Source: Mycobacteriales bacterium
Lineage (GTDB): Bacteria; Actinomycetota; Actinomycetes; Mycobacteriales; SCTD01
Assembly: GCA_030697205.1 (NCBI GenBank)
Contig: JAUYQP010000015.1
Coordinates: 67,093 to 131,092 of the forward strand
Direction: 5' to 3'
Length of the DNA: 64,000 nt
Shown: piece after piece, positions 44,364 through 54,907 of the stretch
Position numbering within the stretch: position 1 is the stretch's first letter
Layout of the letters: the number at the start of each line of letters is the position of its first letter
Notes under the pieces: generated by a model
The model's input: the letters and a program-made list of their open reading frames with translations, nothing else
What the model was told of the DNA's origin: nothing
Databases searched by the model: none
Made by a program: the position numbers and the translations under genes

Positions 44364-45352
44364 TCCGGCCGCTGGACCGGGTCCGGTCGATCAAGGTCAA
44401 GCTGGGGCTCCTGGTCGCCGGCTCGACCGCTGCGGGGCTGCTGCTGTCGATCGAGCTGCTGCGCCAGGGACTGCTCCCCCGCTACACCTTCGTCATCGGG
44501 GTGCTGCTGTCACTGGTGCTCGTGCAGGTCCTCGCCCGCGGCATGACGTCACCGCTGCGCGAGATGGCGGTGGCCGCCCGCGCGATGGCCCGCGGCGACT
44601 ACAGCCGGCGTGTCACGGCGACCTCGCGCGACGAGGTCGGCGAGCTCGCGGCCGTCTTCAACCGGATGGCCGCCGACCTCGGCGCGGTCGACGCCCAGCG
44701 CCGCCGGCTCGTTGCCGACGTGTCCCACGAGCTGCGCACCCCGCTGACCGCCCTGCAGGCGCTCCTGGAGAACCTCGCCGACGGCGTCGCCGAGCCCGAC
44801 CCGCAGACCCTCGAGACGGCGGTCGCGCAGACCCGGCGGCTCGGCCGGCTCGTGCAGCAGCTGCTCGACCTGTCGCGCCTGGAGGCCGGCGAGGTGCCGC
44901 TGCACCGTGAGCAGGTCGTGCTGCGGCCCTTCCTCGACGACGTCGTGCGCGAGGTCGCCCTGCAGCGCGACACCCCGGTGACGGTGTCGGTCGAGCCGGC
45001 CTCGCTGTCTGTCGACGCTGACCCCGAGCGGTTGCACCAGGTCGTGGTGAACCTGCTCGACAACGCCTGCCGGCACGCGACCTCGCGAGTGTCCGTGCGG
45101 GCGGTCTCGCACGAGTCCGGGCTCCGGCTCGAGGTCGTCGACGACGGGCCCGGGGTCGCCCCCGAGGACCGCGAGCGGGTCTTCGAACGCTTCACCCGCA
45201 CCGACTCCGCCCGGGCTGCCCGAGACGGCGGCAGCGGCCTCGGGCTGTCCATCACGCGCTGGCTCGTGGAGCTGCACGGCGGCAGCGTCACCCTCACTGA
45301 CGGAGCCCCCGGCTGCCGGGCCGTCGTCGACCTCCCCCGGAATGCCCCGTGA
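44360..45352 (+). CDS. sensor histidine kinase (TM-HAMP-HisKA-HATPase)
   Basis: H-box VSHELRTPLTAL; N, G1 (DDGPG) and G2 (GGSGLGL) boxes; GTGA overlap with the regulator. Confidence 0.9.
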
Positions 45353-45509
45353 CGACGGCCCCGGACCGACAGCCGGTCCGCGGACCGGGGACATCCACCT
45401 CGCGGGTCCTCTCCCCGGCGTAGGCGTAGGCCCGCGCGTTCGCCGTCGCACCGCTCACGAGGTGGATGTCCGGCGTCCGAACGTGCCAGGAGCACCGGGG
45501 CGGTCGGAC

Positions 45510-45884
45510 TCAGTCCGGGTCGGGCTTCTTGCCGTCGTGCTTGCGCAGGCGATGGCCGTCGAGCGCCGCGGGCGGGTCGTCCTCGGTGAGGACCGACAGG
45601 ACCGCGTCGGCGACCTCGGTGCTGTTGACCTTGCGGAACCACCGCAGCCGGCCCTCGGAGCGGACCACCACGATGTTGCCCTGACCGCACGGCCCGAGGC
45701 AGCCGGTGACCTCGTAGCGCGCCCCGGCCGCCTGCGCACCGGCGCGCAACTGCTTCTCGAGGCCGACGTGGTCGACGCCCGGGTGCTTCTTCTTCGTCCC
45801 GCAGCAGCAGCCGCGGCAGACCCAGACCTTGTCCTTCTTGGCGCGCGCACCGTCGCGCTCGGCCCGCCGCTTGCCCTTGCCCAT
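45510..45884 (-). CDS. thioredoxin-like [2Fe-2S] ferredoxin-domain protein
   Basis: 124 aa; Cys clusters VCRGCCCG and GCLGPCGQGN; basic N- and C-termini. Confidence 0.6.
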   Translation of the reverse strand: MGKGKRRAERDGARAKKDKVWVCRGCCCGTKKKHPGVDHVGLEKQLRAGAQAAGARYEVTGCLGPCGQGNIVVVRSEGRLRWFRKVNSTEVADAVLSVLTEDDPPAALDGHRLRKHDGKKPDPD

Positions 45885-46007
45885 CCAGACAGCCTCGCCG
45901 GTCGTGCGCGACGCCACACCCCGACGGCAGGGTGACGTGCGCGACAGAGGTAGCCTTCCGGACCGGCAGAGCAGCCAGTTCGACCACCGGGAAGAGGCGA
46001 TCCGCGC

Positions 46008-49000
46008 GTGTCCACGCAGCCGGGCCAGCAGACCGACTTCGGCGCCAACGAGTGGCTCGTCTACGAGATCCACCAGCAGTGGCTCGAGGACCCCACCAGC
46101 GTGCCGGAGGTGTGGCAGCAGCACTTCGCGACCGCGCCCCCGAACGGCAACGGCACCCCCAACGGCAACGCTGCCGCGCCGGCTCCGATCGCCCCAGCTC
46201 CGGCCGCCCCAGCTCCGGCCGCCCAGGCTCAGCCACCGGCCGCTCCGGCGCCGGCCGCGCCCGCCCCGGCCGCCGCGCCCGCGGCAGCCAGCCCCGTCGT
46301 ACCCCCTGCGGCTCCTGCTCCCGCCGCCAAGCCCGCCGGGCCCGTGCCGTCGGCCAGTGCGGAGACGACGACGCTCAAGGGCGCGAGCGCCCGGGTCGTG
46401 GCCAACATGGAGTCCTCGCTCGAGGTCCCGACGGCGACCTCGGTGCGCGCGGTCCCGGCCAAGCTGCTCGCCGACAACCGCACCGTCATCAACAACCACC
46501 TGCGCCGCAGCCGCGGCGGCAAGGTGTCGTTCACCCACCTGATCGGCTTCGCGCTCGTCAAGGCCGCCACCGACGTGCCGGTGATCAACCACAGCTTCGC
46601 GGTCGTCGAGGGCAAGCCGACCCTCGTCGTCCCCGACAACGTCGGCCTCGGTCTGGCGATCGACCTGCAGAACGCCAACGGCACCCGCCAGCTGGTCGTC
46701 GCCGCGATCCGTGGCGCCGACACGATGACCTTCTCGCAGTTCTGGACGGCCTACGAGGACATCGTTCGCCGGGCCCGCGCGGGCAAGCTCACGGCCGACG
46801 ACTTCGCCGGCTCGACGATCAGCCTCACCAACCCGGGCGGCATCGGCACGGTCCACTCCGTGCCGCGCCTCATGCAGGGCCAGGGCGCGATCATCGGCGT
46901 CGGTGCCATGGAGTACCCCGCGGAGTTCCAGGGCGCGTCCGAGGCCCAGCTCGCGGCGATGGCGATCTCCAAGACCATCACCCTGACCTCGACCTACGAC
47001 CACCGCGTCATCCAGGGCGCGCAGTCCGGCGAGTTCCTGCGCCGCATGCACCAGCTGCTGCTCGGTGAGGACGGCTTCTACGACGAGGTCTTCGCGTCGC
47101 TGCGCATCCCCTACGAGCCGGTGCGGTGGGTCGCCGACCGCCAGGTCACCCACGAGGGCGAGCTCGACAAGGCCACCCGGGTCATGGAGCTCATCCACGC
47201 CTACCGCGTGCGCGGCCACCTCATGGCCGACACCGACCCGCTCGAGAACAAGGTCCGGACCCACCCCGACCTCGACGTCGTCAACCACGGCCTGACGCTG
47301 TGGGACCTCGACCGCGAGTTCCCCGTCGGCGGCTTCGCCCGCCACCAGACCATGCGGCTGCGGGAGGTCCTCGGCGTCCTGCGCGACAGCTACTGCCGGA
47401 TGGTCGGCATCGAGTACATGCACATCCAGGACACCGAGCAGCGGGCCTGGATCCAGGAGCGCGTCGAGGTCAAGTTCGACCAGCCCGACCGTGAGCTGCA
47501 GCTGCACGTCCTCAAGCGGCTCAACGCCGCGGAGGCCTTCGAGAACTTCCTGCAGACCAAGTTCGTCGGGCAGAAGCGCTTCAGCCTCGAGGGCGGCGAG
47601 TCGGTCATCCCGATCCTCGACGAGGTCCTCACCGGCGCGGCCCAGGCCGGCCTCGACGAGGTCGTCATCGGCATGGCCCACCGCGGTCGCCTCAACGTGC
47701 TCGCCAACATCGTCGGCAAGTCCTACGGCCAGATCTTCCGCGAGTTCGAGGGCACCATCGACCCGCGCACGGTGCAGGGCTCCGGCGACGTGAAGTACCA
47801 CCTCGGCGCGGAGGGCACCTTCACCGCCACCGACGGCTCGACGACGCAGGTCTCGCTCACCGCCAACCCGTCGCACCTCGAGGCCGTCAACCCGGTGCTC
47901 GAGGGCATCGTGCGCGCCAAGCAGGACGTCATCGACAAGGGCGAGGCCGGCTTCACCGTCCTGCCGCTGCTCATCCACGGCGACGCGGCCTTCGCCGGCC
48001 AGGGCGTCGTGGCCGAGACCCTGCAGATGGGCCAGCTGCGCGGCTACCGCACCGGCGGCACCGTCCACGTGGTCATCAACAACCAGGTCGGCTTCACGAC
48101 CGCTCCGGAGTACAGCCGCTCCTCGACGTACTCCACCGATGTCGCCCGCACCGTCCAGGCGCCGATCTTCCACGTCAACGGCGACGACCCCGAGGCCTGC
48201 GTGCGCGTCGCGCGGCTGGCCTTCGAGTTCCGCCAGACGTTCAAGAAGGACGTCGTCATCGACCTGGTCTGCTACCGCCGGCGCGGCCACAACGAGGGCG
48301 ACGACCCCTCGATGACCCAGCCCAAGATGTACGACGTCATCGACAACAAGCGCTCGGTCCGCAAGACCTACACCGAGAACCTCATCGGCCGCGGCGACAT
48401 CACCGTCGAGGAGGCCGAGGAGGCGCTCAAGGACTACCAGTCGCAGCTCGAGCGGGTCTTCGCCGAGACCCGCGACGCGGCGACCTCGACCGCGCCCGAG
48501 CCGGTCATGGACGACGTGCTGCGGCTCTCCGACATCGACACCGCGGTGACGCAGGAGGTGCTCGACACGATCGGGCAGGCCCACGTCACGCACCCCGAGG
48601 GCTTCACGCCGCACCCCAAGCTCGCGCCGCTCATGGAGCGCCGCGCCGCGATGGTCCGCGAGGGCGGCATCGACTGGGGATTCGGCGAGCTGCTGGCCTT
48701 CGGGTCGCTGCTCATGCAGGACCGGCCGGTGCGCCTCGCCGGCCAGGACTCGCGCCGTGGGACCTTCGTGCAGCGCCACGCGACGCTGTTCGACCGGGTC
48801 ACGGGCGCGGAGTTCACGCCGCTGCGCACGCTGTCGGGCGGCCACCGCTTCCACGTGCACGACTCGCTGCTCAGCGAGTACGCCGCCCTCGGCTTCGAGT
48901 ACGGCTACTCCGTCGCCCGCCCCGAGGCACTGACGATGTGGGAGGCGCAGTTCGGCGACTTCGTCAACGGCGCGATGACCGTCATCGACGAGTTCATCTC

Positions 49001-49697
49001 CTCCGGCGAGGCCAAGTGGGGCCAGCGCTCCGGCGTGACGCTGCTGCTGCCGCACGGCTACGAGGGCCAGGGCCCCGACCACTCCTCGACCCGCATCGAG
49101 CGCTTCCTGCAGCTGTGCGCCGAGGACAACATGACGGTCGCCTACCCGTCGTCGCCGGCGCAGCACTTCCACCTGCTGCGCGCGCAGGCGCTGTCGCGCC
49201 TCAACCGCCCGCTGGTCGTCGTCACACCGAAGTCGATGCTGCGCCTCAAGGCTGCCGTCTCGGCGCCCGCGGACTTCACGAGCAACCGCTGGCAGCCCGT
49301 TGTCGCGGACCCCGAGGCGCTCGACCCGGCCGCCGTCACGCGCGTCGTGCTGTGCTCCGGCAAGGTCTACTACGACCTCGCGGCCGCCCGGCGCAAGGCC
49401 GAGGACCGCACCGTCGCGCTGCTGCGCGTCGAGCAGCTCTACCCGCTGCCCGGTGACGAGATCGCCGACGCGCTCGCGGCCTACCCGGCGATGACCGAGC
49501 TGCTGTGGGTCCAGGAGGAGCCGGCCAACATGGGTGGCTGGCAGTTCATGGCCCTGAACCTGCCCGACGAGCTGCCGGAGGGCACGCCGCCGCTGCGCCG
49601 CGTCTCCCGCCGCGCGTCCGCGTCGCCGGCCGCCGGCTCGTCGAAGGTCCACGAGGCCGAGCAGCTCGCGCTGGTCGACGCCGTCTTCGCTCGCTGA
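46008..49697 (+). CDS. kgd: multifunctional 2-oxoglutarate decarboxylase/dehydrogenase E1 with E2-like domain (Kgd/OdhA)
   Basis: 1229 aa; Pro/Ala linker, succinyltransferase-like DHRVIQG, then SucA E1 domain; GTG start. Confidence 0.95.
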   Translation: MSTQPGQQTDFGANEWLVYEIHQQWLEDPTSVPEVWQQHFATAPPNGNGTPNGNAAAPAPIAPAPAAPAPAAQAQPPAAPAPAAPAPAAAPAAASPVVPPAAPAPAAKPAGPVPSASAETTTLKGASARVVANMESSLEVPTATSVRAVPAKLLADNRTVINNHLRRSRGGKVSFTHLIGFALVKAATDVPVINHSFAVVEGKPTLVVPDNVGLGLAIDLQNANGTRQLVVAAIRGADTMTFSQFWTAYEDIVRRARAGKLTADDFAGSTISLTNPGGIGTVHSVPRLMQGQGAIIGVGAMEYPAEFQGASEAQLAAMAISKTITLTSTYDHRVIQGAQSGEFLRRMHQLLLGEDGFYDEVFASLRIPYEPVRWVADRQVTHEGELDKATRVMELIHAYRVRGHLMADTDPLENKVRTHPDLDVVNHGLTLWDLDREFPVGGFARHQTMRLREVLGVLRDSYCRMVGIEYMHIQDTEQRAWIQERVEVKFDQPDRELQLHVLKRLNAAEAFENFLQTKFVGQKRFSLEGGESVIPILDEVLTGAAQAGLDEVVIGMAHRGRLNVLANIVGKSYGQIFREFEGTIDPRTVQGSGDVKYHLGAEGTFTATDGSTTQVSLTANPSHLEAVNPVLEGIVRAKQDVIDKGEAGFTVLPLLIHGDAAFAGQGVVAETLQMGQLRGYRTGGTVHVVINNQVGFTTAPEYSRSSTYSTDVARTVQAPIFHVNGDDPEACVRVARLAFEFRQTFKKDVVIDLVCYRRRGHNEGDDPSMTQPKMYDVIDNKRSVRKTYTENLIGRGDITVEEAEEALKDYQSQLERVFAETRDAATSTAPEPVMDDVLRLSDIDTAVTQEVLDTIGQAHVTHPEGFTPHPKLAPLMERRAAMVREGGIDWGFGELLAFGSLLMQDRPVRLAGQDSRRGTFVQRHATLFDRVTGAEFTPLRTLSGGHRFHVHDSLLSEYAALGFEYGYSVARPEALTMWEAQFGDFVNGAMTVIDEFISSGEAKWGQRSGVTLLLPHGYEGQGPDHSSTRIERFLQLCAEDNMTVAYPSSPAQHFHLLRAQALSRLNRPLVVVTPKSMLRLKAAVSAPADFTSNRWQPVVADPEALDPAAVTRVVLCSGKVYYDLAAARRKAEDRTVALLRVEQLYPLPGDEIADALAAYPAMTELLWVQEEPANMGGWQFMALNLPDELPEGTPPLRRVSRRASASPAAGSSKVHEAEQLALVDAVFAR

Positions 49698-49870
49698 TGT
49701 ACTTCACCGACCGCGGCCTCGAGGAGCTCGCCGCCCGCCGGGGCGACGAGGAGGTCACGCTCGCGTGGCTGGCCGAGCGGATGCGCGAGTTCGTCGACCT
49801 GCACCCGGAGTTCGAGACGCCGGTCGAGCGGATCGCCACCTGGCTGGCCCGTCTCGACGACGAGGACTAG
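49697..49870 (+). CDS. small conserved actinobacterial protein (DUF6104-like, from memory)
   Basis: 57 aa [20 protein letters not shown]; ATG overlaps the kgd stop (TGATG). Confidence 0.5.
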   Translation: MYFTDRGLEELAARRGDEEVTLAWLAERMREFVDLHPEFETPVERIATWLARLDDED

Positions 49871-49923
49871 CCCCGCTGACCGCCCGGCCTCCCTGGTGGC
49901 CGCCCGCCCGCCACCCGCCCGCT

Positions 49924-49978
49924 GCGGATGTGGCGATCACGCCCGCGGGCGCACGCTCGCATGATCGCCACGTCCCGC
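49924..49978. repeat. imperfect palindrome, copy 2 of the GGATGTGGCGATCACGC element; probable bidirectional terminator
   Basis: GTGGCGATCA (49930-39) pairs with TGATCGCCAC (49962-71); loop contains palindrome GCCCGCGGGC; lies between convergent genes. Confidence 0.65.
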
Positions 49979-50000
49979 AGGAGATCGGTCCCGCCGCTGA

Positions 50001-50813
50001 TCAGCGGCGGGCGTAGGGGCCGTAGCGGGCCTGGAGCTCGCGGGGGTGGGCCGTCCCGCGCAGCCTCCACACCAGCGCCGCCCCGACAAGGAAGCCGAGC
50101 ACGTGCGCGAGGTAGGCGACCCCGCTGCCCTGCGCCAGACCGGCCCCTCGGGCGTAGAGGTACTGCAGGACGAACCACGAGCCGAGCACGAGCCAGGCGG
50201 GCAGCTTGACCGGCAGGAAGAAGAAGAACGTGAGCAGCGACCAGACGCGGGCCCGTGGGAAGAGCACTAGGTAGGCGCCGAGCACCCCCGCGATCGCCCC
50301 GGACGCACCGACCAGCGGCGTGTCCGCACCCGCGTCGGCGAGCGCGAAGCCGTAGGTCGCGGCGTAGCCGCACAGCAAGTAGAAGCCGAGGTAGCGCAGC
50401 CGCCCGAGCCGGTCCTCGACGTTGTTGCCGAAGACGTAGAGGAACAGCATGTTGCCCAGCAGGTGCAGCCAGCCGCCGTGCACGAACATCGCGGTGAGCA
50501 CCGACAGCACTGGCGACTTGTCGTAGGGCGGCGGCTCGGCGGCGGTGCAGGTGAGCTGGTCGCCGCGGATGGCCGCCGGCCCGTCGACCACGACCTGGGT
50601 GGGCGCGTCGTTGCCGATGACCTGGTCGGGCACCGCGGCCCAGTGGTCGAGGTAGCCCAGCACCTCGCACTGCCGGGCGGCCGAACCGTCGCCCAGCAGT
50701 GGCGCCAGCGCCAGTGGGCTGAGGACGAAGACGACGACGTTGACCAGCAGCAGCGCGTAGGTGACGACGGGTGTGCGGCGTACGGGGTTCTTGTCGTGGA
50801 CGGGCAGCACCAC
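50001..50813 (-). CDS. rhomboid-family intramembrane serine protease
   Basis: HGGWLHLLGNM and GASGAIAG motifs, downstream His in AHVLGF. Confidence 0.85.
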   Translation of the reverse strand: MVLPVHDKNPVRRTPVVTYALLLVNVVVFVLSPLALAPLLGDGSAARQCEVLGYLDHWAAVPDQVIGNDAPTQVVVDGPAAIRGDQLTCTAAEPPPYDKSPVLSVLTAMFVHGGWLHLLGNMLFLYVFGNNVEDRLGRLRYLGFYLLCGYAATYGFALADAGADTPLVGASGAIAGVLGAYLVLFPRARVWSLLTFFFFLPVKLPAWLVLGSWFVLQYLYARGAGLAQGSGVAYLAHVLGFLVGAALVWRLRGTAHPRELQARYGPYARR

Positions 50814-50823
50814 AGCGAGGCTC

Positions 50824-51789
50824 CTACGTGGTCAGGACGAGCTTGCCGAAGACGTCCCCACCCGCGAGCCGCTCAAAAGCGGTCCGGGCCTGCGGCAGCG
50901 GCAGCTCGGCGTCAACGACCGGCCGCACACCGGTGGCGTCGCACATCGCCAGCAGCGACCTCAGCTCGCCGAGCGTCCCCATCGTGGAGCCGATGACCCG
51001 CAGCTGCAGGAAGAACAGCCGGTTGAGGTCGGCCGAGGGGTCGGGCCCGGACGTGGCCCCCGAGACCACCAGCGTGCCTCCCGGCCGCAGCGCCCGCATC
51101 GAGTGCGACCAGGTCGCCTTGCCGACGGTCTCGATGACCGCGTCGACCCGCGACGGCAGCCGGGCACCCGACTCGAAGACCTCGTGCGCACCGAGCGCCA
51201 GCGCCCGCGCGCGCTTGTCCTCGTCGCGACTGGTCGCCCAGACGACGAGCCCCGCGGCCCGGGCAAGGGCGATCGCGGCCGTTGCGACCCCGCCGCCGGC
51301 GCCCTGCACGAGGACGGTCTGGCCGGGCTGGACAGCCGCGTTGGTGAAGAGCATCCGGTACGCCGTGAGCCACGCGGTCGGCAGGCACGCGGCCTCCGCG
51401 AAGGACAGCCCGGCAGGCTTCGGGACCAGGTTGCGACGCGGCACGACGACCTGCTCCGCGAGGGTCCCCTGGTGGACCTCAGAGAGGATCGAGCGCTTCG
51501 GGTCGAGGGTCTCGTCACCGGCCCAGTCGGGGTCACCGACGAGGCCGTGCACGACGACCTCGGTGCCGTCGTCGGTCACCCCTGCCGCGTCGCAGCCCAG
51601 CACCATCGGCAGCCGCTCGGGCGGCAGGCCGACGCCCTTGAGCGACCACAGGTCGTGGTGGTTGAGCGACGCGGCCCGCACGTGGACGCGGGCCCAACCG
51701 TCGGGCACGTCCGGGTCGGGCACCTCCCCGACGGTCAGGCCGGACAGCGGGTCGTCGAGGGACTGGGAGGTGCAGGAGGCGGCGAGCAC
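50824..51789 (-). CDS. MDR-family zinc-type alcohol dehydrogenase/quinone oxidoreductase
   Basis: GQTVLVQGAGGGVATAAI Rossmann motif; GroES-like N-terminus. Confidence 0.8.
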   Translation of the reverse strand: MLAASCTSQSLDDPLSGLTVGEVPDPDVPDGWARVHVRAASLNHHDLWSLKGVGLPPERLPMVLGCDAAGVTDDGTEVVVHGLVGDPDWAGDETLDPKRSILSEVHQGTLAEQVVVPRRNLVPKPAGLSFAEAACLPTAWLTAYRMLFTNAAVQPGQTVLVQGAGGGVATAAIALARAAGLVVWATSRDEDKRARALALGAHEVFESGARLPSRVDAVIETVGKATWSHSMRALRPGGTLVVSGATSGPDPSADLNRLFFLQLRVIGSTMGTLGELRSLLAMCDATGVRPVVDAELPLPQARTAFERLAGGDVFGKLVLTT

Positions 51790-51814
51790 GACAGCGACAG
51801 TACGACGGACGCGG

Positions 51815-53044
51815 TCAGCGCCGAGCGACCCCTGCCGCCCGGGCGGCTGCGGCCACCGCGTCGGCGACAGCCGGGGCGACCCGCGGGTCGAAGACCGACG
51901 GGATGACGTACTCCGCCGACAGGTCGTCGTCGCTGACCACCGCGGCGAGCGCCTCGGACGCGGCGAGCTTCATCGACTCGGTGACCCGCGTCGCCCGGAC
52001 GTCCATGGCACCCTTGAAGACACCCGGGAAGGCCAGCACGTTGTTGATCTGGTTCGGGAAGTCGCTGCGGCCGGTCGCGACGACGCGGGCACCTGCTGCG
52101 TGGGCGACGTCGGGCAGCACCTCCGGGACCGGGTTGGCCATCGCGAAGACGAAGGAGTCCGCGGCCATCGACGAGACGGCCTCCGGCGCGATCGTCCCGC
52201 CGGACAGCCCGATGAGGACGTCGGCGCCGCGCAGCGCCTCGACGAACGACCCAGAGAGGCCGGCCCGGTTGGACTGCTCGGCCATCTCCCGCTTGGAGTC
52301 GTTGAGGTTACCGCGCCCGACGTGCACGATGCCCTTGCTGTCGGCGACGGCCAGGTCACCGATGCCGGCCTCGAGGATCATCCGCGACACCGCGATGCCC
52401 GCTGCGCCGGCGCCGGAGACGACGACGCGCAGGTCCGACAGCGACCGTCCGGTGAGCTTGGCGGCGTTGCGCAGCGCGGCCAGGGTGACGATCGCCGTGC
52501 CGTGCTGGTCGTCGTGGAAGACCGGGATGTCGAGCCGGTCCTGCACCCGTCGCTCGACCTCGAAGCAGCGCGGGGCGCTGATGTCCTCGAGGTTGATGCC
52601 GCCGAAGGCCGGGGCCAGCCGCACGATCGTCTCGACCAGCTCGTCGAGGTCGGTGACGTCGAGGCAGATCGGCACGGCGTCGATGCCGCCGAAGTGCTTG
52701 AACAGCAGCGCCTTGCCCTCCATCACGGGCAGACCGGCGACCGCGCCGATGTCACCGAGGCCGAGGACCGCGGTGCCGTCGGTGACGACTGCGACCGTGC
52801 GCGACTTCCAGGTGTAGTCGTAGGCGAGGTCGGGGTCCTCGGCGATGGCCGTGCAGATCTTCGCAACACCGGGGGTGTAGGCCAGCGAAAGGTCGTCGCG
52901 GTTCTCCAGCGGCACGGTGAGGCTGATCTCGATCTTGCCGCCGCGGTGCAGCGCGAAGGCAGGGTCGACGTCGCGCGGGTGGGTCGTCACGGTCGGGCGG
53001 CTGTCCTGGCTGGGCACGGACAGGGCCTCCAGCTGTGCGGTCAC
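51815..53044 (-). CDS. NAD(P)-dependent malic enzyme (short form, no PTA domain)
   Basis: LSLAYTPGVA, VVSGAGAAG motifs; 409 aa. Confidence 0.9.
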   Translation of the reverse strand: MTAQLEALSVPSQDSRPTVTTHPRDVDPAFALHRGGKIEISLTVPLENRDDLSLAYTPGVAKICTAIAEDPDLAYDYTWKSRTVAVVTDGTAVLGLGDIGAVAGLPVMEGKALLFKHFGGIDAVPICLDVTDLDELVETIVRLAPAFGGINLEDISAPRCFEVERRVQDRLDIPVFHDDQHGTAIVTLAALRNAAKLTGRSLSDLRVVVSGAGAAGIAVSRMILEAGIGDLAVADSKGIVHVGRGNLNDSKREMAEQSNRAGLSGSFVEALRGADVLIGLSGGTIAPEAVSSMAADSFVFAMANPVPEVLPDVAHAAGARVVATGRSDFPNQINNVLAFPGVFKGAMDVRATRVTESMKLAASEALAAVVSDDDLSAEYVIPSVFDPRVAPAVADAVAAAARAAGVARR

Positions 53045-53212
53045 GGGGAAGGGCTCCAGAGTCGGGGGAACGGCGGACGTGCGACGGGACGGGCGTCGCG
53101 AGCGGGTCCGCTCGTCGCACCGTGCGCCGTCGTCCGGGGGTCACCCGAGGCGGACTTCATCGTCCCACAACGCGTCCGCACCGCACCCGCAACCCCCCGC
53201 TAGGGTCGTCGC

Positions 53213-53812
53213 GTGCAGGTCGACGAGCTGAAGGTCCCGGGGTCCTACGTCTTCACGCCGAAGCAGTGGCCCGACCCGCGAGGCGTCTTCCTCGAGTGGT
53301 TCAAGGCGCCGGTCTTCACCGAGGCCGTCGGCCACCCGCTGACGGTGAAGCAGGCCAACCACTCGGTCAGCCAGAAGGGCACGCTGCGCGGCGTCCACTT
53401 CGCCGACGTCCCGCCCGGCCAGGCGAAGTACGTCTACTGCACCCGCGGCGCCGTCCTCGACGTCGTCGCCGACATCCGGGTCGGCTCGCCGACCTTCGGC
53501 GTCGTCGACAGCGTCCGGCTCGACGACGTCGACCGGCGCGCGATCTACCTGCCCGAGGGCATGGGCCACGCCTTCCTCGCCCTCACCGACGACGCCAACG
53601 TCACCTACCTGTGCAGCGAGCCCTACAACCCGGGCGGCGAGCACGGCATCCACCCGCTCGACCCCGAGCTCGGACTCCCCTGGCCCGACGACGTCGAGCA
53701 CCTGCTGTCGGACAAGGACGCCGCCGCGCCCACGCTCGCCGAGGCCCGTGCCTCCGGACTGCTCCCGTCGTACGACGAGTGCCTGGCCTTCACCGAGTCG
53801 CTCCGGTCATGA
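53213..53812 (+). CDS. rmlC: dTDP-4-dehydrorhamnose 3,5-epimerase
   Basis: RGVFLEWF..GTLRGVHF..GHAFLAL typical RmlC cupin; GTG start. Confidence 0.9.
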   Translation: MQVDELKVPGSYVFTPKQWPDPRGVFLEWFKAPVFTEAVGHPLTVKQANHSVSQKGTLRGVHFADVPPGQAKYVYCTRGAVLDVVADIRVGSPTFGVVDSVRLDDVDRRAIYLPEGMGHAFLALTDDANVTYLCSEPYNPGGEHGIHPLDPELGLPWPDDVEHLLSDKDAAAPTLAEARASGLLPSYDECLAFTESLRS

Positions 53813-54843
53813 GGCACGTCGCCGCCGCGTTGCTCCTGCTCGGAGCGGTCGCGTGCGGCGACGGGTCCGTCGGCGCGGTCAGCGAGCAGCCGCGCACGGT
53901 GCTGCAGGTCCGCGACGCCGACGACGGCGCGGTCCTGCGCGAGGTCGAGCTCGAGGCCACTGCCGGTGCTACCGAGCCGGTGCTGGCGAGTGACGTGGTC
54001 CTCGTCGCGACCGGTGCGGGACTGACCGCCTTCGACCTCGCGAGCGGCGAGCGCCGCTGGACCGAGGCGGGGGCGCGGCTGCCCGCCGCGGTCGTGGGCG
54101 ATGTCGTGGTCGTGGCCCGCGCGGGCGGCCTCACGACCCGGCGCACGACCGGTGAGGTCCTGTGGTCGCGCGACACCCGAGGGCAGGTGGTGCAGGCGTG
54201 GGAGGACCAGGGGACGGTGCTGCTCGACGACGGCGGCGCGGTCTCGCTGCTCGACCCCGAGACGGGCACGGCCCGGTGGACGACGCGGCTCGACTGCCGA
54301 CCGGACGGAAACAGCAGCGTCGTGTCGGGCACCCACGCACTGGTGGGGTGCGGCGCGTCCGACGGAAGCGGGCTGTTGACCGCGCTGTCGCTGTCCGACG
54401 GCGCGGTCGCGTGGACGTGGGAGTCGACGGGCAGCATCAGCCGGTCGGCGGCGGCCGGCGAGCACCCCGCGGTCCTCGTGGACGGCGTCGCCTACGGGCT
54501 CGACCCGGTGACGGGGCGCGAGCGCTGGCACACCCCCACCGACAGCTCCCCGCAGCGCTACGCGCCGCTGCTCGACAGCGACCGCACCACTGGGTTCCTC
54601 CGCGACCCCGTGACGGGCTCGCGCAGCGCAGGCTCGGTGCCGGTCTCCTACGGGCTGACTGCGCACGAGGGCGTGCTGTTCGGGGGCGACGGCGAGACCC
54701 TGCGAGCCGTCCAGGCCGGCGACGGCGACGAGCGTTGGACCAGCCCGCTCGTCCGCGGACCGCGCCCGATCACCTACCTCGACGCCGACGACGACCACGT
54801 CGTCTCGGTCACGGGCGTAGGACAGGAGGAGTACCGCGACTGA
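53809..54843 (+). CDS. PQQ-like beta-propeller lipoprotein
   Basis: Lipobox LGAVAC; recurring G..RW/..W repeats (GERRWT, GTARWT, GAVAWT, GRERWH, GDERWT); ATGA overlap with rmlC. Confidence 0.65.
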   Translation: MRHVAAALLLLGAVACGDGSVGAVSEQPRTVLQVRDADDGAVLREVELEATAGATEPVLASDVVLVATGAGLTAFDLASGERRWTEAGARLPAAVVGDVVVVARAGGLTTRRTTGEVLWSRDTRGQVVQAWEDQGTVLLDDGGAVSLLDPETGTARWTTRLDCRPDGNSSVVSGTHALVGCGASDGSGLLTALSLSDGAVAWTWESTGSISRSAAAGEHPAVLVDGVAYGLDPVTGRERWHTPTDSSPQRYAPLLDSDRTTGFLRDPVTGSRSAGSVPVSYGLTAHEGVLFGGDGETLRAVQAGDGDERWTSPLVRGPRPITYLDADDDHVVSVTGVGQEEYRD

Positions 54844-54907
54844 CCGATGAGCCCGGCTCTTGCGTGACCTCCCCACATCGACGAGGTTGCGAGAAGGAGG
54901 TGGCGCC

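Noticed and set aside
46130-46330. Repetitive GCCCCGGC/GCTCCGGCC DNA near the 5' end of kgd
   Set aside because: It encodes the Pro/Ala-rich flexible linker typical of Kgd/OdhA and E2 proteins. This is low-complexity coding sequence, not a separate element.
45885-49652. 1380-aa minus-strand ORF (45510..49652) running antisense to kgd
   Set aside because: Only its last 124 codons (the ferredoxin-like gene) look real. The rest mirrors the kgd frame, is Arg/Gly/Asp/Val-rich with no motifs, and is the usual stop-free antisense frame of very GC-rich coding DNA.
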